Source: Escherichia coli (GTDB taxonomy: Bacteria; Pseudomonadota; Gammaproteobacteria; Enterobacterales; Enterobacteriaceae). From it: a stretch of DNA of 64,000 nucleotides. The notes beneath the pieces were generated by a model. It was not told the origin of the DNA. It worked only from the letters and a program-made list of their open reading frames with translations, and made no database searches. Location of the stretch: the NCBI RefSeq assembly GCF_030384885.1, contig NZ_CP128613.1. One strand, written 5' to 3'. Shown one piece after another: positions 1 through 9,087 of the stretch. Position numbers and translations under genes: made by a program. Position 1 is the stretch's first letter; each line of letters begins with the position of its first letter.

Positions 1-111
1 CACTTCAAAGTAGCGAAAATAGTTACCGTGCCAGGCCACGCCCATCATATCGACGTCGTGAAATGGAATGATCAGCTCGACTTCAGCGGTAAATCGGGGA
101 TCGTTAAGCAC
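1..111 (-). CDS. hotdog-fold acyl-CoA/acyl-ACP thioesterase, N-terminal fragment (gene runs off window start)
   Basis: Reverse complement of 1-111 reads VLNDPRFTAEVELIIPFHDVDMMGVAWHGNYFRYFEV from a GTG at 109-111, immediately after the stop of the upstream gene; the ...HDVD..GVAWHGNYF pattern is typical of 4HBT/YbgC-type thioesterases. Start codon uncertain. Confidence 0.5.
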   Translation of the reverse strand, partial: MLNDPRFTAEVELIIPFHDVDMMGVAWHGNYFRYFEV

Positions 112-114
112 CCT

Positions 115-1791
115 TTACTCCTTGTCCTGGACTTCCGGCAGTTGCCAGAAATCGAAAAAATTAAACCAGTCGAGGGGCGACTGGAGCGCGTGATGTTCCA
201 GACGCGCGGCGTAATGATCGATAGCGTTTTGCAGCGCCTGCTGGCGTTCGCCACGCGGCAACAGCAGCGGGTCGGCAAAGGTTTCGCAGTGAATATGCAG
301 CTTGCCGTGCTGGCGCAGGGCGAAAATCAGATTCACCGGGCAGCGCAAAATAGAGGCGAGAATAAACGGCCCCTGTGGGAAGGGCGCAGGCTGGCCCATA
401 AACGGACTCCAGCAGACGCGCCAGTCGCCGCCGCGTTGCGGGTTGATGGCGATGCGGTCAGCAACAATCGCCACCCATTCGCCGTTATCCAGCTTCTCTT
501 TTAGCAGGATGGCGGTGTCCGGGCCGATATCCGTCACCGGGAGCAGGTTGATGCCTGCCTGCGGGGCCATCTCCTGCATTATCTGTTTAAAACGTTGGGC
601 GTTTTCGCTAAACACCAGCGCGTTAATGGTTTTGTAGCCCTGAATTTTTGCCAGCGCCCGGCACACTTCCACATCGCCAAGATGCGAGGCCAGCAGCAAT
701 TTGCCGCGCGGATCGCTGACGTTAAGTGCCGCTTCTGCGCCTGGTGCAAACAGCACATCACGCCCGAGTTGCAGCTCGCCGCGCCAACTGGCGATTTTGT
801 CGAGCATGGCGTTGCCGAAACGTAGAAAGTGCTGATAGCTGTTGAGTTTTGCTGCCTGTGGTTGATGCTGGCGCACACGGGCGAGCCAGTCTTGCGACGC
901 TTTGCGCGCCCGGCTGGCGGTGAGCCAGTAGACGCCCACCACCGGGTAAAGCAGCGCGGTAAACGCCGTTCTTCCCAGCAGGCGCCAGACCAGCAGCATC
1001 AGGCGCATTCCCCATAATCCTTTCACTTCGCTCTGCCGCGCCCAGTGGCTGGAAGAGTGGCGCATCAGCAGCGAAGGAATACGCGGCAACATGCCGAAAA
1101 ACAGGCGCGTGTGCATGAGCGAGATGCGGACGTTATCTTTCAGGGCATCAAAGTGCGAAAGCCCGTCCAGCGGATAGGTGACGCGAGTCGGCACGAAATA
1201 GCTGGTGTTTCCCTGCCAGTAGAGGCGCACCATCACTTCGGTGTCGAAATCCATCCGCTTGCCGATGGTGGCGTGTTTTGCCAGTTGCAGCGTTGGCGCA
1301 ACCGGATAAACGCGAAAGCCGCACATGCTGTCTTTCAGTTGCAGGGAGAGCGTTTCGATCCACACCCAGACGTGGGTGACCCAGCGCCCGTACAGCCGTG
1401 AGCGGGGGATGGAGTCATCGTAAATTGGCTGGCCGGAGATCAGTGCCGCAGGGTGTTGTTCAGCGAGTGCCAGCAGTTTGGGGATATCTTCAATCGCGTG
1501 CTGACCGTCGGCATCCACCTGTACCGCATGGCTGAACCCCGCGTCTGCCGCTGCCTGTAAGCCGCGCATTACCGCCGCGCCTTTGCCTGCGTTTTCTGCC
1601 AGGCGAATTAATGTCACGCCAGGCTGTTCGGCAACCAGATTATCCAGTTGCTGTTGCGTGGCGGCATCGCTGCCGTCATCCACCACAATACAGGGCAGAT
1701 TAAATGGCTTAAGACGCGCCAGCACGCCCGGCATCATTGCGCCGTGGTTGTAGCAGGGGATCAACACGCAGGGAGAAAAGTTTACCGACAT
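115..1791 (-). CDS. bifunctional family-2 glycosyltransferase / LpxL-like lipid acyltransferase (ApeJ-like)
   Basis: 558-aa ORF; N-terminus has GT-A signatures (LIPCYNH, VVDDGSDA, VDADGQH); C-terminal half resembles lauroyl/myristoyl (HtrB/LpxL-family) acyltransferases. Family assignment by pattern recognition, not search. Confidence 0.8.
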   Translation of the reverse strand: MSVNFSPCVLIPCYNHGAMMPGVLARLKPFNLPCIVVDDGSDAATQQQLDNLVAEQPGVTLIRLAENAGKGAAVMRGLQAAADAGFSHAVQVDADGQHAIEDIPKLLALAEQHPAALISGQPIYDDSIPRSRLYGRWVTHVWVWIETLSLQLKDSMCGFRVYPVAPTLQLAKHATIGKRMDFDTEVMVRLYWQGNTSYFVPTRVTYPLDGLSHFDALKDNVRISLMHTRLFFGMLPRIPSLLMRHSSSHWARQSEVKGLWGMRLMLLVWRLLGRTAFTALLYPVVGVYWLTASRARKASQDWLARVRQHQPQAAKLNSYQHFLRFGNAMLDKIASWRGELQLGRDVLFAPGAEAALNVSDPRGKLLLASHLGDVEVCRALAKIQGYKTINALVFSENAQRFKQIMQEMAPQAGINLLPVTDIGPDTAILLKEKLDNGEWVAIVADRIAINPQRGGDWRVCWSPFMGQPAPFPQGPFILASILRCPVNLIFALRQHGKLHIHCETFADPLLLPRGERQQALQNAIDHYAARLEHHALQSPLDWFNFFDFWQLPEVQDKE

Positions 1792-2135
1792 AGGCGGATC
1801 TTCCCGCTACTGGCGGTGTGGCGGGCGTCACCGTCGTGACGCTGATAACTAAAGCTCAGAATCTGGCGTTCTTCCTGCCAGCTAAGCGTGAGTGTGACGC
1901 GGTTATCCGGCAGCAATGGAGCCTGGAATTTGATGTTCTGAATGGAGTGAAAACGCCAACCGGGCGCGAGCAGGGCAAGCGCGTAACTCATCGCCCAGTC
2001 GATTTGTGCCACGCCGGGGAGTAATGGTTGTACGGCAAAATGACCGCGAAACCAGAACAGATCTGCCCTGAGATGCAAAACAATCTCAAGGTGATTCACT
2101 TGTGCCTGATGGCGCTCGATTTCATGGGGCTTCAT
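1782..2135 (-). CDS. FabA/FabZ-like hotdog 3-hydroxyacyl-ACP dehydratase
   Basis: Motif FRGHFAVQPLLPGVAQIDWAMS resembles the FabZ motif F.GHFP..P.MPGV; start placed at the ATG (2133-2135) preceded by AGGAG rather than the track's upstream ATG at 2165; overlaps the upstream gene's stop by 14 nt. Confidence 0.75.
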   Translation of the reverse strand: MKPHEIERHQAQVNHLEIVLHLRADLFWFRGHFAVQPLLPGVAQIDWAMSYALALLAPGWRFHSIQNIKFQAPLLPDNRVTLTLSWQEERQILSFSYQRHDGDARHTASSGKIRLCR

Positions 2136-3483
2136 GAAATAACTCCTGTAATTGCGCATAGACACGCTTGTTCATACTGTTTACTGGCATTTCATCAATA
2201 ACGCGCCAGTAACGCGGAATAGCAACTGGCTCCAGCGTCGGGCGCAGTAATCGCCGCCAGGCCATTTCCTGGCTGTGCCCGCCGCCGTTTTGCCATTGCA
2301 GGCGAGCTTCGTCATCCAGCACCAGCAAAACGCCAATACTCTGACGCCCGCCGCGCGTAACGGGAACTGCCGCCGCCTCGTGAATACCGTCCAGCGCCAG
2401 CAGACGTTGTTCTACTTCCTGGAGTGAAATGCGTTTTTCTTCAATCTTAACGATGCGTCCGCGACGCCCCATCAGATGGAACTGGCCGTCTTCGCTAAAC
2501 TGCAAGATATCGTCGAGTAACAGGCCGCTATCTTCCTCCATCAGAGGTGAAAAGAGACGAAAGGCATCATCTTCGGCCTGGAACTGCATACCTGGAAAGG
2601 GCCGCCAGCGGCGTTGCTCTTGTTCGCGGTAACGCCAGGCGATGACGCCGGTTTCCGTGCTGCCGTAGATTTCATCAGGCCAGACGCGCAGCCAGCTCGC
2701 GGTGTGTTGTACGTCCTGCCACGGTAGTTCACCGCCAGCGGACAGAAGCACCTGAACGGGGGGCGGGGATAGCTGAGCATCCAGACGCTTCAAAAATGCC
2801 GGGCTGCTGATGAAGATATAGCGATGCTGATGACTCAACGCGGCAAACTGTTCGACATACCAGAGCATGGCGGCATGGAGCGGTAATCCCAGCGCCATGG
2901 GCAGGAAAACGCGAAAAGTCAGGCCGTACAAATGCTGCGGCAATACGGAACCGATGACACGACATCCGGCAAGACGTGCGCCTAATCGTTCAGCCAGCAG
3001 TTCTGCTTCACGGTCCAACAAACGAACAGGTTTAATCACCCGCTTCGGCTGCCCTGTGGAACCAGAGGTAAACAGCTCGATATAAGCGTCTGGCGCTATA
3101 GCGGCAAAGGTGAATGATTGTGTCGCGACTTGTGGGGAGCTTGCTACCAACTGCAATGAACCTTGGCAGTTAAGTTCGCTGTCGCTAAGCACACCATCGA
3201 ACAGTTCACGTTGCTCGTTAAGCTGGATGACGCGGTTATGCCCCGGAAGCACCGGTGTTTTTCCGGCGTGTAGCGTGGCGAGCAGGGCAACGATAAACAG
3301 ATAGCAGTCCTCAAAGCACAGCGCCCAGCGTTCACCTGGTTGTTGCTGTAAACGGCAGATAAGTTGCGAGACATCGTGACGCAAATCGCCCAGCGTCCAG
3401 GTGCTTTCGTCCAGCCACGCAATGGGCGTGTCATCAGAGCGTGGCGCAGTCAGCCAGCGTGCAAGCGGTAAGGTCTGCTTCAT
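2122..3483 (-). CDS. AMP-dependent synthetase/ligase (acyl-ACP/acyl-CoA synthetase-like)
   Basis: TSGSTGQPK AMP-binding motif; start placed at the ATG that overlaps the upstream TGA as ATGA (3480-3483); the track ORF extends to 3522. Confidence 0.8.
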   Translation of the reverse strand: MKQTLPLARWLTAPRSDDTPIAWLDESTWTLGDLRHDVSQLICRLQQQPGERWALCFEDCYLFIVALLATLHAGKTPVLPGHNRVIQLNEQRELFDGVLSDSELNCQGSLQLVASSPQVATQSFTFAAIAPDAYIELFTSGSTGQPKRVIKPVRLLDREAELLAERLGARLAGCRVIGSVLPQHLYGLTFRVFLPMALGLPLHAAMLWYVEQFAALSHQHRYIFISSPAFLKRLDAQLSPPPVQVLLSAGGELPWQDVQHTASWLRVWPDEIYGSTETGVIAWRYREQEQRRWRPFPGMQFQAEDDAFRLFSPLMEEDSGLLLDDILQFSEDGQFHLMGRRGRIVKIEEKRISLQEVEQRLLALDGIHEAAAVPVTRGGRQSIGVLLVLDDEARLQWQNGGGHSQEMAWRRLLRPTLEPVAIPRYWRVIDEMPVNSMNKRVYAQLQELFHEAP

Positions 3484-4061
3484 GAGCGATCTCTTTTCAT
3501 CACCTGACGGCGCACCAGCCATTCACCAGCCATTAACGTCCCCATCAACAAATAAGCAATCATGCCGTTCCAGGCAGTCCATAACGACATATCGCCATGC
3601 AGCGCGGTAAAGAGGGCAATTCCGCCGTTGATGATGAAAAAGCCGCACCAGATTTGCGTGACGTGGCGGGTATAGCGCACGCCCTTTTCCGGGAGGTCTG
3701 GCTCCTGCAAACGCGCCAGCCGCTCAACAATTGGCATTGCCGACCACAGCGAACCGCCAAAAACCGCCAGCATTACCGCGTTAACCACTACCGGGTAAAA
3801 CAGCAGTAGCTGGTGCGTTTTCAACAGAAAGCTGGCAACACACAAGGCGATACCCACAACAGCGACGATTTGTGTGACGGCTTGTAGCGGCCCGGCCTGG
3901 CAACGAGTCTGGCGCAGGCGCAATAAAAGCAGCAGCGCCATCAGCGGCAACAGCCAGTGCAGGCCGTTATGTGCCAAACCAAGCCAAATCACAAACGGCC
4001 AGGCGAGCAGCAATAATCCAGTCAGCAGTTTAATAATCGGTAGCGAGCGAATGCCCGACAT
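3480..4061 (-). CDS. integral membrane protein of the lipid-biosynthesis cluster
   Basis: 193-aa ORF, several hydrophobic segments, co-directional and translationally coupled within the cluster. Confidence 0.7.
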   Translation of the reverse strand: MSGIRSLPIIKLLTGLLLLAWPFVIWLGLAHNGLHWLLPLMALLLLLRLRQTRCQAGPLQAVTQIVAVVGIALCVASFLLKTHQLLLFYPVVVNAVMLAVFGGSLWSAMPIVERLARLQEPDLPEKGVRYTRHVTQIWCGFFIINGGIALFTALHGDMSLWTAWNGMIAYLLMGTLMAGEWLVRRQVMKRDRS

Positions 4062-4065
4062 CAGA

Positions 4066-4317
4066 TCAGGCTTCTTGTAGCAGGCGTTCTACGGCCTCTA
4101 CGACATCCCGGACTGTACGCACTGCTTTAAACTCTTCCGGCTTGATTTTCTTACCGGTTTTCTTTTGCAGATGCACAATCATGTCAACGGCGTCGATGCT
4201 GTCCAGTTCCAGATCTTCGTACAGGCGCGCTTCAGGTTTGATGTCCTGCGGTTCGATTTCAAACAGCTTAACCAGCAGAGCTGAGACTTCCTGATAGACG
4301 GTTTGTTGTTCTGTCAT
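4066..4317 (-). CDS. acyl carrier protein
   Basis: 83 aa, acidic, LDSIDAVDMI phosphopantetheine-attachment motif. Confidence 0.85.
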   Translation of the reverse strand: MTEQQTVYQEVSALLVKLFEIEPQDIKPEARLYEDLELDSIDAVDMIVHLQKKTGKKIKPEEFKAVRTVRDVVEAVERLLQEA

Positions 4318-4328
4318 GATGGCTTTCC

Positions 4329-4586
4329 TCAGGCACGTTGTGCAGCAATAAAAGAGGCCAGAGTGGCGACAGAGAAAAAGTGCTGACGCATCTCTTCACT
4401 TTCCGCAGAAAGTACAACGCCATATTCATTTTTCACTGCCAGCCCCAGTTCCAGGGCATCGATAGAGTCCAGCCCTAAACCGTCGCCAAACAGTGGCGCG
4501 TCGGTATCGATATCATCAGGAGCCAACTCGTCCAGATTGAGGGTGCTGATGATGAGATTTTTAATTTCCAGATAAAGCGCTTGCAT
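4329..4586 (-). CDS. acyl carrier protein
   Basis: 85 aa, GLDSIDALELG phosphopantetheine-attachment motif; 5' end overlaps the upstream acyltransferase gene, so the exact start is uncertain. Confidence 0.8.
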   Translation of the reverse strand: MQALYLEIKNLIISTLNLDELAPDDIDTDAPLFGDGLGLDSIDALELGLAVKNEYGVVLSAESEEMRQHFFSVATLASFIAAQRA

Positions 4587-5382
4587 TATTTATTCCTGAG
4601 AGAGGTAAACAACCTTGTTGTAATTGAAGCAAAAGATGCCGGTTTAACTGCCTTGCTGCTAGCGCCGGTTCTTGTGAAGTTGCATCGTAAAATTTATTGA
4701 TTTCTACCCGCCCACGGACTTCAACCGTAAAAAGTGGCCTGGCAGGTGGAACGTCATACCATTTACTTTGTTTATCCAGCAGATGCTCGCTACAGCCGAT
4801 CGTCACGATGCGTAAATCGCTGGCGCAGCGCACGGCAATATTCGCCGCACCGCGCTGTAACGTCATTTTTTCACCAGGCTTCGTCCGCGTGCCTTCGGGG
4901 AAAATCAAGATAGTGTCGCCCTGTGCCAGTCGCTGTTGGCAACGGGGTAAGAGAGTTTCAGCTTCGCTGTTGATTAAATAATCTGCCGCCCGCACGACGC
5001 CGCCAAGAAAAGGATTTTTTAACAGCGCGCTTTTTACCAGGCAGTCAGTTTCTGGCATGACTGATGCCAGTAGTACGTAATCGATAAGCGTGGGATGATT
5101 AGCTACGACGAGGCAACCGCGTTCCTGACGTAAAATTTCAGCCCCATCAATACGATAATCCAGCACGCCAAGCCCTTTTGCGACTGTTAAAAACAGACGA
5201 AAACTGGCGGCAATGCTGCGACGCGCCAAACGACGGCGGCGGGAAGTGTTCCACACCAAAACTAACAGTACGTTAAACCACACCACAGAGAGTAGTAGTC
5301 CGCCGAGGCCAAACAGGGCAAAACACAACCCGGTCATAACCAGTCGCCATGTCCATTCCAGGCGTGACATCAGCTTACTCAT
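4561..5382 (-). CDS. PlsC-family (lysophospholipid/1-acylglycerol-3-phosphate-like) acyltransferase
   Basis: 273 aa; N-terminal transmembrane segment, NH-x4-D motif (ANHPTLID) and FPEGTRT motif. Confidence 0.8.
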   Translation of the reverse strand: MSKLMSRLEWTWRLVMTGLCFALFGLGGLLLSVVWFNVLLVLVWNTSRRRRLARRSIAASFRLFLTVAKGLGVLDYRIDGAEILRQERGCLVVANHPTLIDYVLLASVMPETDCLVKSALLKNPFLGGVVRAADYLINSEAETLLPRCQQRLAQGDTILIFPEGTRTKPGEKMTLQRGAANIAVRCASDLRIVTIGCSEHLLDKQSKWYDVPPARPLFTVEVRGRVEINKFYDATSQEPALAARQLNRHLLLQLQQGCLPLSGINNASALSGN

Positions 5383-6125
5383 CTACGGCTCCAGCGCCAC
5401 TGTACGCGCTCACCAGGAAGTGAAAAAGCATCTGAATTTTGTAAATAGTGCTGTAAAAACAACATGCTTTGCGGCAGTGTTGTTTCATTGCCCGCAATGG
5501 CTGGCTGTGTTTCACATTGCCACTCATCGCCAGCTTCAATCACCAGCGCAACAGCATATGGCCAGGTCGGCATTTCTGCTGGGAGCTGCGGATGATAGAA
5601 CTCAGGTAGAAAGCCATCAAAATCGACCATCAACACACGCTGGTATCCCGCTTGTAGCAGGCTAAGCACTTCACTCAAACCTTGCTGGAAAGTGTCGCGA
5701 CCAGCCGAAAGCGATGACGAAACGATCGGCTGTTTGGCCGCAATGGTCAGGTTACCCACGGAAGAGTTGTGTACTGAAAGTGCAAAGTCGGTGGGGGAAA
5801 GCGCCTGTTCAGTTGCCAGTGCATGAACAATGCGGTAATTGCGCTCCAGTTCGCCATGACGACTGGTATACAAAACGGCGTCTGGCTGATGGCGGCGTAG
5901 CATTGCCAGGCCGCATTCAACAGCCAGTTTGCTGCCTGAACTGAGGCGGCGGGCGGTCATCATTGGCAGTTCACTTAATTTTGCCAACGGCGCGGCAGGG
6001 TCAATCGCCCACGGCTGGCGCGACCATGCTTGCCATTGCTGCGCTTCGCTAAGTCCAGGCGCCAGTGCCTGCCAGTCGGTAATATTTAATGTAAATTTCA
6101 TCAACGCGCGCCCGCGGTAAACCAA
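5379..6125 (-). CDS. hypothetical protein, possibly beta-ketoacyl-synthase N-terminal-like domain (chain-length-factor-like)
   Basis: 248-aa ORF with ATGA overlap to the downstream acyltransferase; function inferred only from position in the cluster and vague resemblance; needs an HMM search. Confidence 0.6.
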   Translation of the reverse strand: MVYRGRALMKFTLNITDWQALAPGLSEAQQWQAWSRQPWAIDPAAPLAKLSELPMMTARRLSSGSKLAVECGLAMLRRHQPDAVLYTSRHGELERNYRIVHALATEQALSPTDFALSVHNSSVGNLTIAAKQPIVSSSLSAGRDTFQQGLSEVLSLLQAGYQRVLMVDFDGFLPEFYHPQLPAEMPTWPYAVALVIEAGDEWQCETQPAIAGNETTLPQSMLFLQHYLQNSDAFSLPGERVQWRWSRR

Positions 6126-6141
6126 AATTATTAAGTGACGA

Positions 6142-7209
6142 TTATTTCTTTTGGCATATCAAAAGAGTATGCCCAACGCCTAAATTATCGTGGCGCTCTG
6201 CTACCTGAAATCCTGCTTTATTCAGATAGTCGTAAAATTTCTCTGCACTATAGAAACGGCTGTTACCGTTTGCCATGCAGGTGAAATAAAGTGAGGACGC
6301 GTTCAGGCTAAATGATGCTGCTTCAAACCGCTGCGCATCCCAGAACAACTCCATGATGCAAACTTTTGCGCCAGGCTTCATTACGCTGGCGATTTTGCTG
6401 AGTATGCTAATTATTTGTTCGGGTGAAAAACAGTCTAAAAATTGGCTCATCCACCAGATATCAGCCTCGCCCGGTAATGGGGCATCGCTTAGCATATCCA
6501 CCGCATGGAAATCTATGCGATCAGAAAAACCTGCATTCGCGATATTTTCTTTCGCTAGTACGATTTGTTGTGGCAGATCTAATAACGTCACGGCGATGTT
6601 TTCATTGTATTTGCAGCAACGCAAAGCCCACTTACCCGTATTGCCGCCTACATCGTACAATGTTGTGGGGTTGTTGGCGAATACATAAGGCAGTGCGGCG
6701 TTAAATGCGCCATCTGAATAGTAATGATCAAACGCAAACCAGCTTTCACGAGCGGCATCTGGTAATTGTGAAAGTGCGGGATATATCGTCGACCAGTCGC
6801 CAAATACTTTTAACCCGGACGGTTTTCCTTCATTGAGTGAATCGGCGAGGAAGAAGAGCCCCTGATAGCAGACATCCTGGGTGAAATCCATATTCACGCG
6901 AGTCATAGTGTCATGCAGGAGGTAATGACCGATTTTCGCCAGGTAATACATTCCCTCTTTACAGGTAATAATTCGCCCGCTTAAGCCCATATCTAACAGA
7001 ACGCTGGCCGCATATTCGTTGATATGGCTATGTTCGGTGATATCAGCCAGCGTTGCGCCATGTTTGCCTTGCCGATCCAGATATGAAAGTACACCCGCAT
7101 TACGTAGGCAGAGAGCTGTTTGAAAAAGCATGGGGGCAAAGGCAATGCGTTGAGCTTCGGTAATCGCATCCAGTGCGCTAAGAGAATCCTGTTCGTACAT
7201 GTTGGGCAC
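6142..7209 (-). CDS. class I SAM-dependent O-methyltransferase
   Basis: 355 aa; VGGNTGKWA glycine-rich SAM-binding motif followed by LLDLP...DM..D, typical of O-methyltransferase family 2. Confidence 0.85.
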   Translation of the reverse strand: MPNMYEQDSLSALDAITEAQRIAFAPMLFQTALCLRNAGVLSYLDRQGKHGATLADITEHSHINEYAASVLLDMGLSGRIITCKEGMYYLAKIGHYLLHDTMTRVNMDFTQDVCYQGLFFLADSLNEGKPSGLKVFGDWSTIYPALSQLPDAARESWFAFDHYYSDGAFNAALPYVFANNPTTLYDVGGNTGKWALRCCKYNENIAVTLLDLPQQIVLAKENIANAGFSDRIDFHAVDMLSDAPLPGEADIWWMSQFLDCFSPEQIISILSKIASVMKPGAKVCIMELFWDAQRFEAASFSLNASSLYFTCMANGNSRFYSAEKFYDYLNKAGFQVAERHDNLGVGHTLLICQKK

Positions 7210-7268
7210 AACCTGTTAAGAGGGAATTAAATTATTATCGGACCGAAGCGGCCCGACTTTAGGGGAAA

Positions 7269-7658
7269 TTACAAATCTGCGCCAGCCGACAAATTCAGTT
7301 GAATATCTTTGTCGAGATTGCGGACCCAGCGATTATAGTTTTTATGAATTTGTCCGCCTGATGCTTGCAGGTTCTGACTATTTTCATAATTGATATCGTA
7401 GCTGGATGCCGTGTAGTTAATGCGAATTTCGGCTGAATGATCGCGTGACTGTTGACGTGCTTTAATTACGCCTTGTCCGGCTTCGGACATAATCCATTTG
7501 CGTTCAACGCCAGCTTTCAGAATCGCTTTTTTCACTTGTTCCGGGGTATGACCAGCGCTGACGGTTGAGTGAACCTGATCAATTGGCGCAGTACGCGCGC
7601 AACCCGCTAAAGCACCCACAACAGCAATAGCCGCAAACCATTTCATGTAATGTCTCAT
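7269..7658 (-). CDS. small lipoprotein, first gene of the cluster in this window
   Basis: 129 aa; signal peptide with lipobox LAGC (MKWFAAIAVVGALAGC); exact start (7658 vs 7646) uncertain. Confidence 0.65.
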   Translation of the reverse strand: MRHYMKWFAAIAVVGALAGCARTAPIDQVHSTVSAGHTPEQVKKAILKAGVERKWIMSEAGQGVIKARQQSRDHSAEIRINYTASSYDINYENSQNLQASGGQIHKNYNRWVRNLDKDIQLNLSAGADL

Positions 7659-8037
7659 TAGAATCCCATTAAAGTATTGTTTTTACGAGTAAAGCAAGAT
7701 TTAACTGTAATTGCTGGCATCACTATTCTTTATTTAGCGAAAAAATTACTTGTGAGATAAGTCAGTAAGTGCACATCAGAGTAAAAATTTCTGAAATGAC
7801 TAAATTACTGCCAGCGGGGACCAACTATAAGTGAGTGAGAAAAATGAGGCAATAAAAATAACAGATTGTTATCAGTGCATTCTTTGAGAGGGATTTAATC
7901 GCTATTCGGCGTTTATATATATTTGACTTAAGGAATGGTTTTTATAAATTAATTGTCTGAATAATGTTTCTTCATTTCCTCAAATCAAATGGCCACTGTT
8001 AGATAAACGGTGGCCATTGCCTGCTCAGGAGGTGCTA

Positions 8038-9087
8038 TTAACCTGGTAACCGACTTTTCGGTCTGCCCGGCCCCAGTAAGATCGCCAGTTTGCTACCGCC
8101 TTTGGTGGTTTCCATCCAGATTTTACACACGCTGGTTAATGGTACCGAAAGTAGCATTCCAACCGGGCCGAGCAGCCATCCCCAAATCAACAATGAAAGA
8201 AATACCACCATGGTGGACATCCCCAGGCGATGGCCCATCATCCGCGGTTCTAAAATATTGCCGATGACCATATGGACAACTAAAAACAATGCGCCGACCA
8301 GAATACATTCGTAAACGCCATTAAACAGCAGCACCTGAATCATTGGCGGTACGGCGGAAATTACCGCGCCGATATTGGGGACGTAGTTAAGCAAAAACGC
8401 CAGTACCGCCCACATCAGCGCAAACTGTACACCCATAAGTTCCAGCCCCAGCCAGACGATAATGCCTGTCCATAAACTTAGCAGTGTCTTCAATGCAAGA
8501 TAGTGCGAAACACCTTTTAAGGCGCGGTGTAGTCCGGCGATGTGAATCTGTGGATTATTCAACGCAAAACGCATTTTGTAAGGGACGTGGCGCACTTCAA
8601 ACAGCATGAAAACTACGGTCATCACCAGCAAAAGCACGCTCGCCATTGCCCCGGAAAGCCCGGTCATTAGCGCCGTGGTGAAGGTAACCACTTTTTCCGA
8701 GTCCATCCGCTGCAGCATTCGCTCCGGCGACATATGCAAATTAAGAAAAGGCAACATCTCCTGCAATTTAAAAAGCTTGCGCGTCAGCTCCTTATTAAAC
8801 TTCGGCAGCATAGAGATAAATTCGTTAAACGAAGCTGCCAGTACACCGACCAGTGCGGTAAGTGCGATCAGCATCACCACCACCACAATCGTAATTGCAA
8901 CGGGGCGTTGTACTCCGCGACGAATAAACCAGGTGACGAGCGGGTTGAGGACGATGGCAAAAAACAGCGCCAGTAACAGTTGCACAATGATATCTGCCGC
9001 TGCGTGAATGCCCGCGAGGATTACTACCAGCGAGGCCAGTTTAAGCAGAATGTGCATGCCCGTTTTATCGGGTTGAGGGGTTTCCAT
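8038..9087 (-). CDS. yhhT: AI-2E/PerM-family membrane transporter YhhT
   Basis: Protein from METPQPDKTGMHILLK recognised as E. coli YhhT (349 aa); start at the ATG preceded by AGGAAG rather than the track's longer ORF. Confidence 0.93.
   Translation of the reverse strand: METPQPDKTGMHILLKLASLVVILAGIHAAADIIVQLLLALFFAIVLNPLVTWFIRRGVQRPVAITIVVVVMLIALTALVGVLAASFNEFISMLPKFNKELTRKLFKLQEMLPFLNLHMSPERMLQRMDSEKVVTFTTALMTGLSGAMASVLLLVMTVVFMLFEVRHVPYKMRFALNNPQIHIAGLHRALKGVSHYLALKTLLSLWTGIIVWLGLELMGVQFALMWAVLAFLLNYVPNIGAVISAVPPMIQVLLFNGVYECILVGALFLVVHMVIGNILEPRMMGHRLGMSTMVVFLSLLIWGWLLGPVGMLLSVPLTSVCKIWMETTKGGSKLAILLGPGRPKSRLPG

Noticed and set aside
28-504. 158-aa plus-strand ORF at the window start
   Set aside because: Lies entirely antisense within the well-supported 558-aa glycosyltransferase/acyltransferase gene; no independent signals.
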